Positions 36,578 through 36,657 of a stretch of 36,657 nucleotides of DNA are shown here, piece by piece. The first letter of the stretch is position 1. Each line of letters begins with the position of its first letter. The notes beneath the pieces were generated by a model, which ran no database searches, was not told where the DNA came from, and worked only from the letters and a program-made list of their open reading frames with translations. The stretch comes from Candidatus Nomurabacteria bacterium RIFCSPHIGHO2_02_FULL_38_15 (GTDB lineage Bacteria > Patescibacteriota > Minisyncoccia > Phycocordibacterales > UBA9973), in NCBI GenBank assembly GCA_001785575.1, contig MFUC01000009.1, positions 1 through 36,657 on the forward strand, written 5' to 3'. The translations under genes and the position numbers were made by a program.

Positions 36578-36657
36578 TAATCCAGTAATATTGTAGTCTA
36601 TTTTTTAAATTTTGCAATATGTGCAGTTTTCTAGCGCCCAAGATACTTTAAAAAGGG

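Overview
AT-rich, gene-dense bacterial window. The rRNA genes and gene content look like a Patescibacteria/CPR (Parcubacteria-like) genome; this is an inference from sequence signatures, since no database search was possible.

rRNA genes are unlinked:
- A 23S gene (~8388-12718) is interrupted by two group-I-like introns. One lies in the H69 / I-CeuI-type site and encodes a single-motif LAGLIDADG endonuclease. The other is ORF-less and lies at the I-CreI-type site.
- A 5S gene follows the 23S gene.
- About 14 kb further on, a separately promoted 16S gene (~27056-28689) carries a 100-nt insertion in helix 40 and compensatory changes in the 530-loop pseudoknot. It has no recognisable CCUCC anti-Shine-Dalgarno tail.

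Housekeeping genes: rplJ-rplL, secD-secF, a SEDS FtsW/RodA protein, a PAP2 phosphatase, family-4 UDG, RNase R, rpsP-khpA...trmD, an RTPR-type class II ribonucleotide reductase with an ATP-cone, RNase P RNA, an ECF sigma/anti-sigma pair and an NDH-2-like oxidoreductase.

Accessory content:
- A RAYT-type Y1 (HUH) transposase is bracketed by inverted copies of a short hairpin repeat (a minimal REPtron). It sits inside the conserved rpsP-trmD cluster.
- A hicB-hicA cassette is bounded by interleaved duplications of a terminator and a promoter.
- Several surface proteins are present: LTD/PKD, a protein with a T9SS-type C-terminal sorting domain, and an FN3-like protein with an (NP)9 linker.
- At least five families of short GC-rich palindromic intergenic repeats occur.

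Many genes carry an extended -10 box 6-8 nt upstream of their ATG and lack SD motifs. Together with the 16S tail, this suggests largely leaderless / SD-independent initiation. No CRISPR array or tRNA gene was recognised.
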